Source: Spirochaetia bacterium (GTDB lineage: Bacteria; Spirochaetota; Spirochaetia; CAKZLE01). Taken from it: a stretch of DNA of 64,000 bases. Positions 20,236 to 29,399 of this stretch are shown piece by piece (the stretch's first letter is position 1; the number at the start of each line of letters is the position of its first letter). Where the stretch lies: the NCBI GenBank assembly GCA_963677595.1, contig OY782041.1, positions 4,128,001 through 4,192,000 on the forward strand. Direction: 5' to 3'. The position numbers were made by a program, and so were the translations under genes. The notes beneath the pieces are model-generated. The model saw nothing but the letters and a program-made list of their open reading frames with translations, was not told the DNA's origin and did not search any database.

Positions 20236-21510
20236 CTACATATCTCCATAGTTCTTCTGGAATTCAGCAAGAGAAGCTTCGATACCAGCAGGATTAAGGA
20301 TCGCTGACTGGATCACTTCCATCAGAGCCCCTCTCTTCTCGTTTGCAAGCATAGCCCCGTTTGAAGGTGCGATCTGTGCTGTAGGTGATGAAAGGTACTC
20401 AGCTGATCGTGCGGTAAGACCTGTGTAGAGTGAAGGGCTTACATTGTAGTTAGCTACAGTATACCCTGATGGTGCGAATAATGCCTGACCTTCAGCGCTG
20501 ATCAGGTATTCCATCAGCTGGGTTGCCTCAGAACTGTCTGAGAACTGTACTGCGACATCCGCTGCAGCGATGACAGCACCCTTTCCTGCGTCTGATCCTG
20601 GAGGGAATACGATGAAGTCGATAGTCTCGCCTTCAACGAGATTCTCATTGATAGCACTCTTAGCAATACCTGCTACCCAGCCGCCGCCGATAACGAACTT
20701 TGCATCTGCATCGGTACCGAAGACTCGGGAGATACCGCCTACAAGATCTGTACCCATAGCGCCTTCTCCGCCGCCTGCAACATAGGACCCACCGTAGTAA
20801 TCAGCGATCTTCTCGAATGCTGCCACGACCTTCGGGTCAGTCCAGGGAGTCTGATTCGTCATGAGCTTAACCCACTCGTCAACTCCGTAAGAACCGAGGA
20901 ACATATCCTCAATGAGACCGGTAAGGGTCCAGGATGTCTTCGCGATACTTGCAACAGGTTTCTCCCCTGCAGCTACCAGTTTATCAGCATAATCGGTGAA
21001 GTCATCATACATCCAGGTACTTGGGTCCCCGTCGATCTTAGAGGGATCGAACCAGAACAGGTTCGAGACACTTGCACGTGTCGGGATAGCCATGATCTCA
21101 CCATCGAAGGTGAACTGGTCTAACCAGCCCTGGCTGAAACTGGACTCGATCTCGCTCTTCATACTGTTCAAGCTGACAATAGCATCCTGAGCTACGAGTT
21201 CCTTGAGTCCATTAGCAACCGGAAGGATCGCCAGGTCAGGAGTCTCATCGGCTGCAAGCCTGGGTCCAAGGACCTTGATCACATCCTCAGCCGCCTCGTA
21301 TCGAACTTCGATACCGGTCTTCTCTGTGAATCCATCAAGCACTACCTGGAACGCTTCCTGTTCAGAAGCACTCCACGGCCCCATGATATCCAACACGACA
21401 GGTTCTGAACTTGCTTCCTTCTGACCGGCTGCAAAAACCATTGAACCAGACAATACCAACATGAAAACTGCAAACAACACACTGCATACATTCTTTCTCA
21501 GCACTTTCAT
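20236..21510 (-). CDS. Carbohydrate ABC solute-binding protein (AglE-like)
   Basis: Signal peptide 'VFAAGQKE'; 'GPWS..E...F..F.EKTGI.V.Y', PDLAILP; GGGAGG RBS. Confidence 0.85.
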   Translation of the reverse strand: MKVLRKNVCSVLFAVFMLVLSGSMVFAAGQKEASSEPVVLDIMGPWSASEQEAFQVVLDGFTEKTGIEVRYEAAEDVIKVLGPRLAADETPDLAILPVANGLKELVAQDAIVSLNSMKSEIESSFSQGWLDQFTFDGEIMAIPTRASVSNLFWFDPSKIDGDPSTWMYDDFTDYADKLVAAGEKPVASIAKTSWTLTGLIEDMFLGSYGVDEWVKLMTNQTPWTDPKVVAAFEKIADYYGGSYVAGGGEGAMGTDLVGGISRVFGTDADAKFVIGGGWVAGIAKSAINENLVEGETIDFIVFPPGSDAGKGAVIAAADVAVQFSDSSEATQLMEYLISAEGQALFAPSGYTVANYNVSPSLYTGLTARSAEYLSSPTAQIAPSNGAMLANEKRGALMEVIQSAILNPAGIEASLAEFQKNYGDM

Positions 21511-21626
21511 CTCTAGCCTCCCATTCTTATTGCGCAAGGTCTTGCCGTACTCGGCGAATCCCCTGCTTTGATTAACATGTATTTAACAACCTGTATCTCG
21601 AATGTGCACCTACTCGATACGGGTAA

Positions 21627-22646
21627 TTAACAGATTTTTGTAGAGTCCCTCACGACCAGCTTCGTTTCCAAAACCGTATGGAACGGGCCGGAAGCAGGGT
21701 CATCTATCAATTGGAGCAGCTGCGTGACGGCAGCTTCCGCGATCTCTTCTATAGGCTGATGGATCGTCGTCAACTGTGGGACGACCATCGTCGCATAGTA
21801 GATGTCATCGAAGCCTATGATCGAGACATCCTCGGGGACCCGCTTCCCTGACTGCCACACAGCACTGATCGCACCCATGGCAGTCTCATCAGTCTGGCAG
21901 AATATAGCCGTCATGTCCTTATTCACTGCCAGGAGATGCTTTGCTCCTTCATAGCCTCCATTGAACGATGCTCCACCAGTTTGCCCGCAAAGGTAAATCA
22001 GGTCCTCCTGGTTAGTCATCCCATTGGCAGACATAACATCCTCATAAGCCTTGAATCGCCTTATCGAATAATTGTAATCAGACTGCAGCAGGATGCATCC
22101 TACAGATGTATGTCCAAGAGTTGTGAGATACTTGACGGCATTCTCAGTACTCTTATAGTCATCAATCGCTACATATGAGATCTCAGGCTCCAGTTCTACC
22201 TGTCCTGGGTGGATGATCATGAACGGTATGTTGTTCTCCTTCAGGTAGGAGATCAGTTCTTCATTGATACCGGCTATGGTATCAAGGAGCAGACCTTCAA
22301 TCTGCTTCCCGCCGTATGCAGCCTTGACCAGGTCGATGACATGTTCATCAAGCTTGAACAGGCTCAAACGGTAATTGATCGACTGGCAGGTCGCCAGCAG
22401 GGCTTCCATCAGCGTTGCATAGAAGGCTGTCTGTATTCCCCAACCCATGACAATACCGATCGAAAGGGCCCGGCCCCTGGAGAAGATGGTCGCTACCTGA
22501 TTCGGGACGAAGTTAAGCTCATCAATGACTTTCTGTACTTTTGTCTTCGTTGTCGTGGAGACATTCACTTCCCCATTGACGACACGTGAAACGGTCTTAA
22601 GTGATACTCCAGCCCTGCTGGCAACATCCCGCATAGTAACAGCCAA
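21627..22646 (-). CDS. LacI-family transcriptional regulator
   Basis: TMRDVASRAGVSLKTVSRVVN HTH; VPEDVSIIGFDD; LTTIHQP. Confidence 0.95.
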   Translation of the reverse strand: MAVTMRDVASRAGVSLKTVSRVVNGEVNVSTTTKTKVQKVIDELNFVPNQVATIFSRGRALSIGIVMGWGIQTAFYATLMEALLATCQSINYRLSLFKLDEHVIDLVKAAYGGKQIEGLLLDTIAGINEELISYLKENNIPFMIIHPGQVELEPEISYVAIDDYKSTENAVKYLTTLGHTSVGCILLQSDYNYSIRRFKAYEDVMSANGMTNQEDLIYLCGQTGGASFNGGYEGAKHLLAVNKDMTAIFCQTDETAMGAISAVWQSGKRVPEDVSIIGFDDIYYATMVVPQLTTIHQPIEEIAEAAVTQLLQLIDDPASGPFHTVLETKLVVRDSTKIC

Positions 22647-22666
22647 AACGCATCCTCCTCTCTGAC

Positions 22667-22726
22667 TGACACCGGTGTCAATCAGTCTGTAATCAGATGG
22701 TAAGTCATATTGACACCGGTGTCAAT
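22667..22726. promoter_or_regulatory. Two LacI-type operators overlapping a predicted sigma70 promoter of the lacI/ABC operon
   Basis: Palindrome TGACACCGGTGTCA at 22667-22680 and ATTGACACCGGTGTCAAT at 22709-22726; minus-strand TTGACA(22725-22720)-17 nt-TACCAT(22702-22697). Confidence 0.8.
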
Positions 22727-22974
22727 GTTTTTTTTAATAACCCGATGAAATATATTATATTTCCCACATATATGTAGTTTTTATACGTTTCCCAGATAGT
22801 TATATTCTGCGTAAAAATGTGCTTAACTTCTTTTCAACACATAATTTATAAATACTTTCAAGAATCAAGCTGAAATGGAAGAAAAATCACTAAAAATATT
22901 ATCGCACCATAGCAGAACCTACTTAAATGTAGCTTTTGCATGAGAGTAATCAGGCAAATCGCGATACTCGGCAT

Positions 22975-24345
22975 CTAGGTTTTCGAGATTCCCATCTGCA
23001 TTCGATGCAATTCTTCAATTTTCCGGTAGTTCCTCAGCAGTGCGATCGTTGTGATCACGATCGCCAACCCATCCGCTGCAGGGACTGCAGCCCAGACACC
23101 GGTCAGGCCGAACTGGTAAGGCAGTACGGTCAGCAGCGGTACCAGACAGATGAACTGGCGAAGCATACTCAAGATGAGGGCCTTCTTGCCCTGGTCAGTG
23201 GCCTGGAAGAATGTGATCCCCAGGATGTTCAGACCCAGCAGGGGAAGCATGATGACATAGATCCTCAAGCCTCGTACTGCAACTCCCATGGTAGGTGATG
23301 ATGGGTTGATGAACATGCCCATGAAGAACTGCGGGAAGATCTGAAGGGCGAGGAAGATGAGCGTGGAGAAGCCTACAGCCCATAGGATCCCGAGCTTCAG
23401 GGTCCTGTTCACGCGGTCGTGCTTATCTGCCCCGAAGTTATACCCGATGATAGGCTGCATCCCCTGCTGCAGCCCCATCAGGGGAAGGAAGAAGAGGGTG
23501 AACAGGCCATTGATCGCCCCCATCGAGGTAATGGCTTCTGTCCCGCCGTAGATTGAGAGTCTCTGGTTCAGGAAGCCGAGGGCTATGCTGTTCCCCATGG
23601 TCCCGATGAAGGTCGCCATCCCGGTGATCATGATCTGCTTCACGATCACGGCATGGATGATGAAGTCGGAGATCGTGAGTTCGAGATGGCTCTTTCCCCG
23701 AAGATAGAAGGGTATCAGTATGAAGAATCCGGACATCTGGCCGATCGCCGTAGCTGCTGCCGCACCCATGACTCCCCATCCGAACACGATGATGAACAGC
23801 GCATCGAGAACAATGTTCACAACTGCAGAAGCCAGCATCGCCACCATCGGCAGGTGGGCGTTTCCCTCAGTCCGTATGGTATGGTTGAAGATGAAGGCGA
23901 TCATATTAAAGATGAACCCGCCAAGGATGATCTTCATGTAGATATTCGCCTGGCTCAGGATACTCTCATCGGCACCGAAGAGCTGCAGGATGTTGTCCAG
24001 CTGCCAGAAGAGTACGGCGACCAGAGCGATCACGATGATGATCCCGATGCTGATACCGTTGGCAAAATAGCGTCCGGCCTTCTTCACATCCTTCCTGCCG
24101 AACTGGATGGCCATGCAGGCAGACACACCGCCTGCGAGCAGCCCGCCGAGGGCGAAGAGGATCATCATCACGGGGAACGCTACCGTCAGGGCAGCAAGTG
24201 CGCCCTCCCCTACGAACCTCCCGATGAAGATCCTGTCCACCACGTTGTAGACTGCGTTCACCACCATGGCGAAGATCGAAGGGAATGAGAATGCCCAAAG
24301 GAGCTTACCGACCGGCTTCGTCCCCAGTTCTTCCTGTCTTTTCAT
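22975..24345 (-). CDS. MATE family efflux transporter (MepA-like)
   Basis: YNVVDRIFIG, IRTEGN, NIVLDALFI, GAAAAT, QPIIGYNFGA. Confidence 0.92.
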   Translation of the reverse strand: MKRQEELGTKPVGKLLWAFSFPSIFAMVVNAVYNVVDRIFIGRFVGEGALAALTVAFPVMMILFALGGLLAGGVSACMAIQFGRKDVKKAGRYFANGISIGIIIVIALVAVLFWQLDNILQLFGADESILSQANIYMKIILGGFIFNMIAFIFNHTIRTEGNAHLPMVAMLASAVVNIVLDALFIIVFGWGVMGAAAATAIGQMSGFFILIPFYLRGKSHLELTISDFIIHAVIVKQIMITGMATFIGTMGNSIALGFLNQRLSIYGGTEAITSMGAINGLFTLFFLPLMGLQQGMQPIIGYNFGADKHDRVNRTLKLGILWAVGFSTLIFLALQIFPQFFMGMFINPSSPTMGVAVRGLRIYVIMLPLLGLNILGITFFQATDQGKKALILSMLRQFICLVPLLTVLPYQFGLTGVWAAVPAADGLAIVITTIALLRNYRKIEELHRMQMGISKT

Positions 24346-24587
24346 AATTAACACCTATCTCTTTATCTTATGAGGATTTCTAACTAGCTAAAGAAGCGGT
24401 GTGTCTGTAGGGTTCTTTTTTAACATTCAGCGGATCTCCCGTCTTGGAGGGAGAACGATCTGTCTCTGTTTGTAGATCACGTACAGATACAATCTGCTGT
24501 CCCTGCAGAATTTCACGGCAGGAACAGTCATATATGTATCAGATTATGGAAGTTTAGCCAAGGCTAGAGTTGTATATACAACATAAT

Positions 24588-24956
24588 TTATGCAGTCAGG
24601 GTGAACCCGACATACTCAACATTCGAACCTGGGATGGCAGGATACGGCTCCTTCACGGTGACGGTGACCTGCTCGATGGGGGTGCCAGAAGCACCCCTGA
24701 CCTCATCAGCGATACGCTGGGCGACCCTCTGGATGGTCTTGTAATGCTCTTGGGTGATCACCTGCTGCGTGATCTGAAAGAGGTCCGTATAGGTAAGGCC
24801 GCTGGAGAGCTGGTCTTCGGCGAACTGGTTGGACATATCGAGGACCACCTCGATATCGATGATGAACTTGGTCCCCATGACGTTCTGCTCATGGGTGAGC
24901 CCGTGGTTCCCCCAAAAGATCATGCCGTTAGATTTCAATATATCCAGGTCTCTCAT
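24588..24956 (-). CDS. FolB-like T-fold protein, type B, copy 1
   Basis: HGLTHEQ..GTKFIID, LTY, TIQRVA..IA, VTVKEP.PAIPG. Confidence 0.8.
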   Translation of the reverse strand: MRDLDILKSNGMIFWGNHGLTHEQNVMGTKFIIDIEVVLDMSNQFAEDQLSSGLTYTDLFQITQQVITQEHYKTIQRVAQRIADEVRGASGTPIEQVTVTVKEPYPAIPGSNVEYVGFTLTA

Positions 24957-25384
24957 ATGCTCCCCTCTTCTCCACCAGGGAAGGTCCGTACCAGCGTCAC
25001 CCCGCAGCCCTCGTCATCGGGGAAGAAACCTCCCCCTCCGGGAACGGTACTGCAGTCACGATAGAATGAGCAGAGGGCCTTCCGTGCCGAGACACTGACC
25101 CTGCTTACGGCAGGGTACTCTTCCCTGATCTGCTCGATGATCCGCAATGCGAGCTTCTGCATGAGGTTGAACCGTTCCTTGGTCGTGATCCTCTCTATGA
25201 TCGCGAAGATCTCTGGATAATTCACGATCCCGTTGATGGAATCCTCATCGCAGGCTGCGCTCATGTCGGCGCTGACTTCGGCATCGATGACGAATCGCTG
25301 GCCTTGCTTGATCTGTTCCGGTGTCGCCCCGTGATAGGCATAGAACACCGCTCCCTGTACCAGTATGGTATATTGTGAACTCAT
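24953..25384 (-). CDS. FolB-like T-fold protein, type A, copy 1
   Basis: FYAYHGATPEQ..GQRFVID, VNY, FNLMQKLA, SARK; Cys/Gly-rich insertion. Confidence 0.82.
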   Translation of the reverse strand: MSSQYTILVQGAVFYAYHGATPEQIKQGQRFVIDAEVSADMSAACDEDSINGIVNYPEIFAIIERITTKERFNLMQKLALRIIEQIREEYPAVSRVSVSARKALCSFYRDCSTVPGGGGFFPDDEGCGVTLVRTFPGGEEGSI

Positions 25385-25413
25385 AGTCCCTCCAATCCTG
25401 TCGGATACCGGTG

Positions 25414-25608
25414 CTAATCCGGAAACTTGTCCGAAGCCAGGGATCCCCCGATCGCCCAGTCTGATTTCTTATAGTCACTGAACGAGATGATGACGCTCTC
25501 CCTAGGAACTTTCGCGATCTCCACCACGCTTTCAGTGATCTCGTTGGTGAGCTCCCGTTTCTGTTCCACGGTCCGGCCTTCCCATAACATGACATTGATG
25601 AACGGCAT
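25414..25608 (-). CDS. 4-oxalocrotonate tautomerase family protein, copy 1
   Basis: Pro-1, EGRT.EQK, W..GG; 64 aa; AAGGAG RBS. Confidence 0.9.
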   Translation of the reverse strand: MPFINVMLWEGRTVEQKRELTNEITESVVEIAKVPRESVIISFSDYKKSDWAIGGSLASDKFPD

Positions 25609-25635
25609 ATGTGACTTCTCCTTCGTAACGTATAT

Positions 25636-25667
25636 CTGTCCCTGCAGCCTCGTATCTGCAGGGACAG
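25636..25667. repeat. Intergenic 12-bp inverted repeat between the duplicated cassettes
   Basis: CTGTCCCTGCAG-cctcgtat-CTGCAGGGACAG; related hairpin with the same CTGTCCCTGC arm at ~24497-24527. Confidence 0.7.
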
Positions 25668-25681
25668 GGTAAGTCAGTACA

Positions 25682-26050
25682 TTATGTGGTCAGGGTGAAC
25701 CCGATAAACTCCACATTCGAGCCAGGTATAGCAGGATACGGTTCCTTCACAGTGACAGTGACCTGCTCTATGGGTGTGCTGGAAGCACCCCTGACCTCAT
25801 CAGAGATACGCTGGGCAACCTTCTGGATGGTCTTGTAGTGCTCCTGGGTGATCACCTGCTGCGTGATCTGGAAGAGGTCCGTATACGTAAGACCACTGGA
25901 GAGCTTGTCTTCGGCGAACTGGTTGGACATATCGAGGACGACCTCGATATCAACGATGAATTTGGTTCCCATGACGTTCTGCTCATGGGTGAGTCCGTGG
26001 TTCCCCCAGAAGATCATGCCGTTCGATTTCAATATATCCATATCTTTCAT
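25682..26050 (-). CDS. FolB-like T-fold protein, type B, copy 2
   Basis: 10 aa differences over 122 aa versus 24588-24956; GGAGG RBS favours ATG 26050. Confidence 0.8.
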   Translation of the reverse strand: MKDMDILKSNGMIFWGNHGLTHEQNVMGTKFIVDIEVVLDMSNQFAEDKLSSGLTYTDLFQITQQVITQEHYKTIQKVAQRISDEVRGASSTPIEQVTVTVKEPYPAIPGSNVEFIGFTLTT

Positions 26051-26065
26051 GTGTTCCATCCTCCC

Positions 26066-26479
26066 CTAGTTCTCGAAATTCCGTAGTAATGTGACACCGC
26101 TTCCCCCGTCATCGGAGATGAAGCCGCCGCCGCCGGGAATAGTCTTGCAGTCCCGGTAATAGGGGCACAATGACTTCCTGGCCGAGATCTTGACACTGCT
26201 CACATCCGGGAACTCTGCCTTGACCTGCTCGATGATCCGCAATGCGAGTTTCTGCATGAGGTTGAACCGCTCATTGGTCGTGATCTTCTCGACGATGTCG
26301 TAGATTGCCGGGTAGTTCACCAGCCCCTCTACGGAATCTTCCTCACAGGCCTTACTCATGTCAGCACTGACTTCAGCGTCGATGATGAACCGCTGGCCCT
26401 GCTTGATCTGTTCCGGTGTCGCCCCATGGTAGGCATAGAACACCGCACCCTGCACTAATACTGTATGCTTCATACTCAT
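26066..26479 (-). CDS. FolB-like T-fold protein, type A, copy 2
   Basis: Paralog of 24953-25384 (~73% identical by manual count). Confidence 0.82.
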   Translation of the reverse strand: MSMKHTVLVQGAVFYAYHGATPEQIKQGQRFIIDAEVSADMSKACEEDSVEGLVNYPAIYDIVEKITTNERFNLMQKLALRIIEQVKAEFPDVSSVKISARKSLCPYYRDCKTIPGGGGFISDDGGSGVTLLRNFEN

Positions 26480-26545
26480 AGTTTCCTCTTCCTCCTGTTC
26501 CTTATTTCATAGGTTACGTGTTATGTCTTAGCTTCAAACTGTATG

Positions 26546-26743
26546 TTATGAATGCATGATCTTGTCGGAGGCGAGATAGCCCCCCTCTGCCCAATCGGAT
26601 CTCCGGTAATCGGTGAACGCGATGATCACGCTCTCCCTGGGTACTTTCGCGATCTTCACCACACTATCGGTGATCGCTGTAGTGAGTTCCCGTTTCTGCT
26701 CCACGGTCCTTCCTTCCCATAACATGACTTCTACAAATGGCAT
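26546..26743 (-). CDS. 4-oxalocrotonate tautomerase family protein, copy 2
   Basis: Pro-1, EGRTVEQK; paralog of 25414-25608; AAAGGAG RBS. Confidence 0.9.
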   Translation of the reverse strand: MPFVEVMLWEGRTVEQKRELTTAITDSVVKIAKVPRESVIIAFTDYRRSDWAEGGYLASDKIMHS

Positions 26744-27022
26744 TGTGTGCTCCTTTCTGCATCATAAGTGCCAGAATGACGAACGGTTCTTCTTCTCATC
26801 CCATCCTCACATCTATTTTTCTCATATCATACATTTTAGTATGTTTTTAACATCATGCATCCTCTCCATCACATAAGCATGTATCTGGAAAAGCTTGCAA
26901 ATCACTTGGAAAAACTACGTATTATGCTCTATAAAAACAATTTATTCAAAATCATTGATAGCAGCTCACGTAGTGAGCTGGTGTTGCTGCATCTACAGTA
27001 TTATCTGTTTTCTACTCCAAGG

Positions 27023-27078
27023 TCAATCATAAATGAGAATTTATTTCATATATATTATTATTTATGAAATTTTTTCTC
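27023..27078. promoter_or_regulatory. Putative paired operator (copy A) upstream of the tautomerase/FolB operon
   Basis: 41/56 ungapped identity to 32142-32197; two GARAATnATTTTC-like boxes. Confidence 0.55.
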
Positions 27079-27125
27079 TTGCAGTATGACAAGTAACCCC
27101 CTTCACTAATAGAACCGGCTGCCCC

Positions 27126-28460
27126 TTACTGCTTCAGGAACGCATCCAGATCCACTGCAGGATAGGTGACTCGCTTGTAATCATCCTTGATCTTGAGGTC
27201 GATGGTCGCATCGATCGCGAACTTCGTCTGCATCCCCTCCTCATCAGTTGTTGGATCGTTCTCCATGCCCTGGGCATAGGGGATGGTGATGATGTCCTTC
27301 TTCGCATCCACCCTGGTAGACATGGCCCAGAGGATGTCGCTCGGCATGTAGATGTTCACATCGGGATCGACGATAACGGCGATCTTGATGTTCACATGCG
27401 TCATGAGCGCTGCAAGGGCAACATTCTTCGGTTCCCCCGAATTGGTCTTGTTCAGGGCGATGACCGCCATGAAGCCGCCGGTATAGGGGGTAAGATGAAC
27501 GTCCGTTACATTGGGTGAGACGTGAGTGACCATCCGTTTCAGCATGGGTTCTCGAGAAAGCACGTTGCCGACATTCACATGTTCGTTGGATGCAGGGACG
27601 ATGGTCTGGTAGATCGGGTCATTCCGGTATGAGATGGAAGTCACCTCGATGACCGGCATATCTCTATGCTCGCCGTAGTGCCCGGTGAACTCAGCCAGGG
27701 GACCTTCGTCCTCCCACTCCTTCACCTTCACATAGCCTTCGACGAGGATCTCGGTATCGGCAGGCACATTGATACCGACAGAGCCGGCAGCGACTTTCAG
27801 GGGTGCCCCGTTCAGTGCCCCTGCCAACATGGCCTCATCCTCATCGATACGGAACCCTGTGGACATCTCGACAGCCGGGTCCACGCCGATAGCGATCGCT
27901 ATGGGCATATTCTCCCCTTTTGCCTCATATTTCCGGAAGAACTGGAAGATATGCCGCCATTCGTTCATCATGAGACCCAGTTTCCTCGGCCCTTTCACCT
28001 GCAGGCGGTTGAACGAGAAGTTCTGCCGGCCTGTCTCGGGGTCCTTGGAGACGATGATGCCCCCCGTGATATAGGGGCCGGCATCGCCGGGATTATGATA
28101 GGGGATGGGCAGCTGTTCCCGGAGGTTGATATCATCACCAGTGATGCGGTTCTCCAAAAACGGAGGGTTCTCAACAAGTTCCGGCTCGATCAGGTTCCCC
28201 AGGGCGGCATCCACCTTCTGGTTGATCTCCGGTTCTCTACAGTCGAGTGCCAATGCGATACGCTTCATCGTACCAAGGACACCCCCGATCACCGGGATCC
28301 CCGAGGGGTGGTCGGTATTGGTGAACAAGCCTGCAGGCCTGCTCTCCTTCTCCATGGCATCCTCGATCGCCGCGAACTCGAAGTCGAGCTTCACACGTTT
28401 ATCTATCTCGAGCAATTGCCCGTTCTGTCTCAGTTTCTCCAGGAATGATCTCAATTCCAT
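27126..28460 (-). CDS. ubiD: UbiD-family prFMN-dependent (de)carboxylase 2
   Basis: DAGPYITGG, NRLQ, EGPLAEFTGHYG, VDPDV, KFAIDAT; paralog of 13123-14463. Family-level call. Confidence 0.92.
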   Translation of the reverse strand: MELRSFLEKLRQNGQLLEIDKRVKLDFEFAAIEDAMEKESRPAGLFTNTDHPSGIPVIGGVLGTMKRIALALDCREPEINQKVDAALGNLIEPELVENPPFLENRITGDDINLREQLPIPYHNPGDAGPYITGGIIVSKDPETGRQNFSFNRLQVKGPRKLGLMMNEWRHIFQFFRKYEAKGENMPIAIAIGVDPAVEMSTGFRIDEDEAMLAGALNGAPLKVAAGSVGINVPADTEILVEGYVKVKEWEDEGPLAEFTGHYGEHRDMPVIEVTSISYRNDPIYQTIVPASNEHVNVGNVLSREPMLKRMVTHVSPNVTDVHLTPYTGGFMAVIALNKTNSGEPKNVALAALMTHVNIKIAVIVDPDVNIYMPSDILWAMSTRVDAKKDIITIPYAQGMENDPTTDEEGMQTKFAIDATIDLKIKDDYKRVTYPAVDLDAFLKQ

Positions 28461-28519
28461 ATTCTTCTCCTCACCATGAATCGTTCGTTCCCTGTATAGA
28501 TCGACCGTAAGGGCTATCT

Positions 28520-29326
28520 CTATTTCAGGATCCCCTCTTTCACGAATGTCTGCCGAATCTCGGAGGCATGCTTCTGGAACTCCGGGGTATCCTGGATACT
28601 CAGGTCCCTCGGACGTTTCAGGTCAACAAGTTCTTTCTTGTACAGCACCTTGCCGGGCCGTTTCGACATGACCAGGACCCGGTCTGCCAGGAAGACAGCC
28701 TCGTATATATTGTGGGTGATGAACAGGAGCGTATTACAGTTTTTCTGCCAGATCTTGACCAGGTCGGCAGTCATCTGTTCCCGGGTGAGGGAATCGAGAG
28801 CTCCGAACGGTTCATCCATCAGCAGTAAGGGGGGGCTTGTTATCAGCGCCCTGCAGATCGACACGCGCTGTCTCATCCCCCCGGACAGTTCATAGGGGTA
28901 CCGGTTCTCGAAGCCAGCGAGCCCCACCATGTCGAGGAGCTCGAATGCCCGCTCACGATACTTCTCTGCCGGTCCGAGCTTCTTTATCTCTATTGGGAGC
29001 AGGATATTGTCCAGCACCGTCCGCCAGTCCATCAGGAAGTCCTGCTGGAAGACGAACCCGATATCGGTGTAGGGATTCTTCACCACCGTATCGGCGATCT
29101 TGATCTCCCCGGTTGTGCTCTTGATAAGCCCGCTGATGAGCATCAGCAGCGTACTCTTGCCGCAGCCGCTCGGGCCCACTATCGAGAGGAACTCTCCCGC
29201 CTTGATATCAAGGGAGATCTCATCAAGGGCCAGCAGCGGCCCGTCAGACGTATCATATACCTTGCTTACTCCTGAGATGCTTATAGGAAGGCCTTTTGAA
29301 CGGCCGTCTTTTTCAATGTCAGTCAC
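28520..29326 (-). CDS. NitT/TauT-family ABC transporter ATPase
   Basis: GPSGCGKST, YPYELSGGMRQRV, MDEPFGALD; GAGGAG RBS before GTG. Confidence 0.93.
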   Translation of the reverse strand: MTDIEKDGRSKGLPISISGVSKVYDTSDGPLLALDEISLDIKAGEFLSIVGPSGCGKSTLLMLISGLIKSTTGEIKIADTVVKNPYTDIGFVFQQDFLMDWRTVLDNILLPIEIKKLGPAEKYRERAFELLDMVGLAGFENRYPYELSGGMRQRVSICRALITSPPLLLMDEPFGALDSLTREQMTADLVKIWQKNCNTLLFITHNIYEAVFLADRVLVMSKRPGKVLYKKELVDLKRPRDLSIQDTPEFQKHASEIRQTFVKEGILK

Positions 29327-29399
29327 AGTTCTCTCCTCTTCAACACGTCGCCATGTGTTGTGATCCGTTGTCATCGTATGCTCTCATACGTAGATCGTA

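Larger units (their letters stand above)
24588..26743 (-). repeat. Tandem duplication of a ~1.1 kb three-gene cassette (tautomerase-FolB A-FolB B)
   Basis: Gene order and nucleotide similarity repeated at 24588-25608 and 25682-26743. Confidence 0.9.

Noticed and set aside
14549-26479. Reading the FolB-like genes as folate biosynthesis
   Set aside because: No folE, folK, folP or folC in the window; five copies; anchoring Glu replaced by Gln; neighbours are catabolic
26855-27067. 70-aa plus-strand ORF in the AT-rich intergenic region
   Set aside because: No RBS, low-complexity composition, overlaps the putative promoter/operator region
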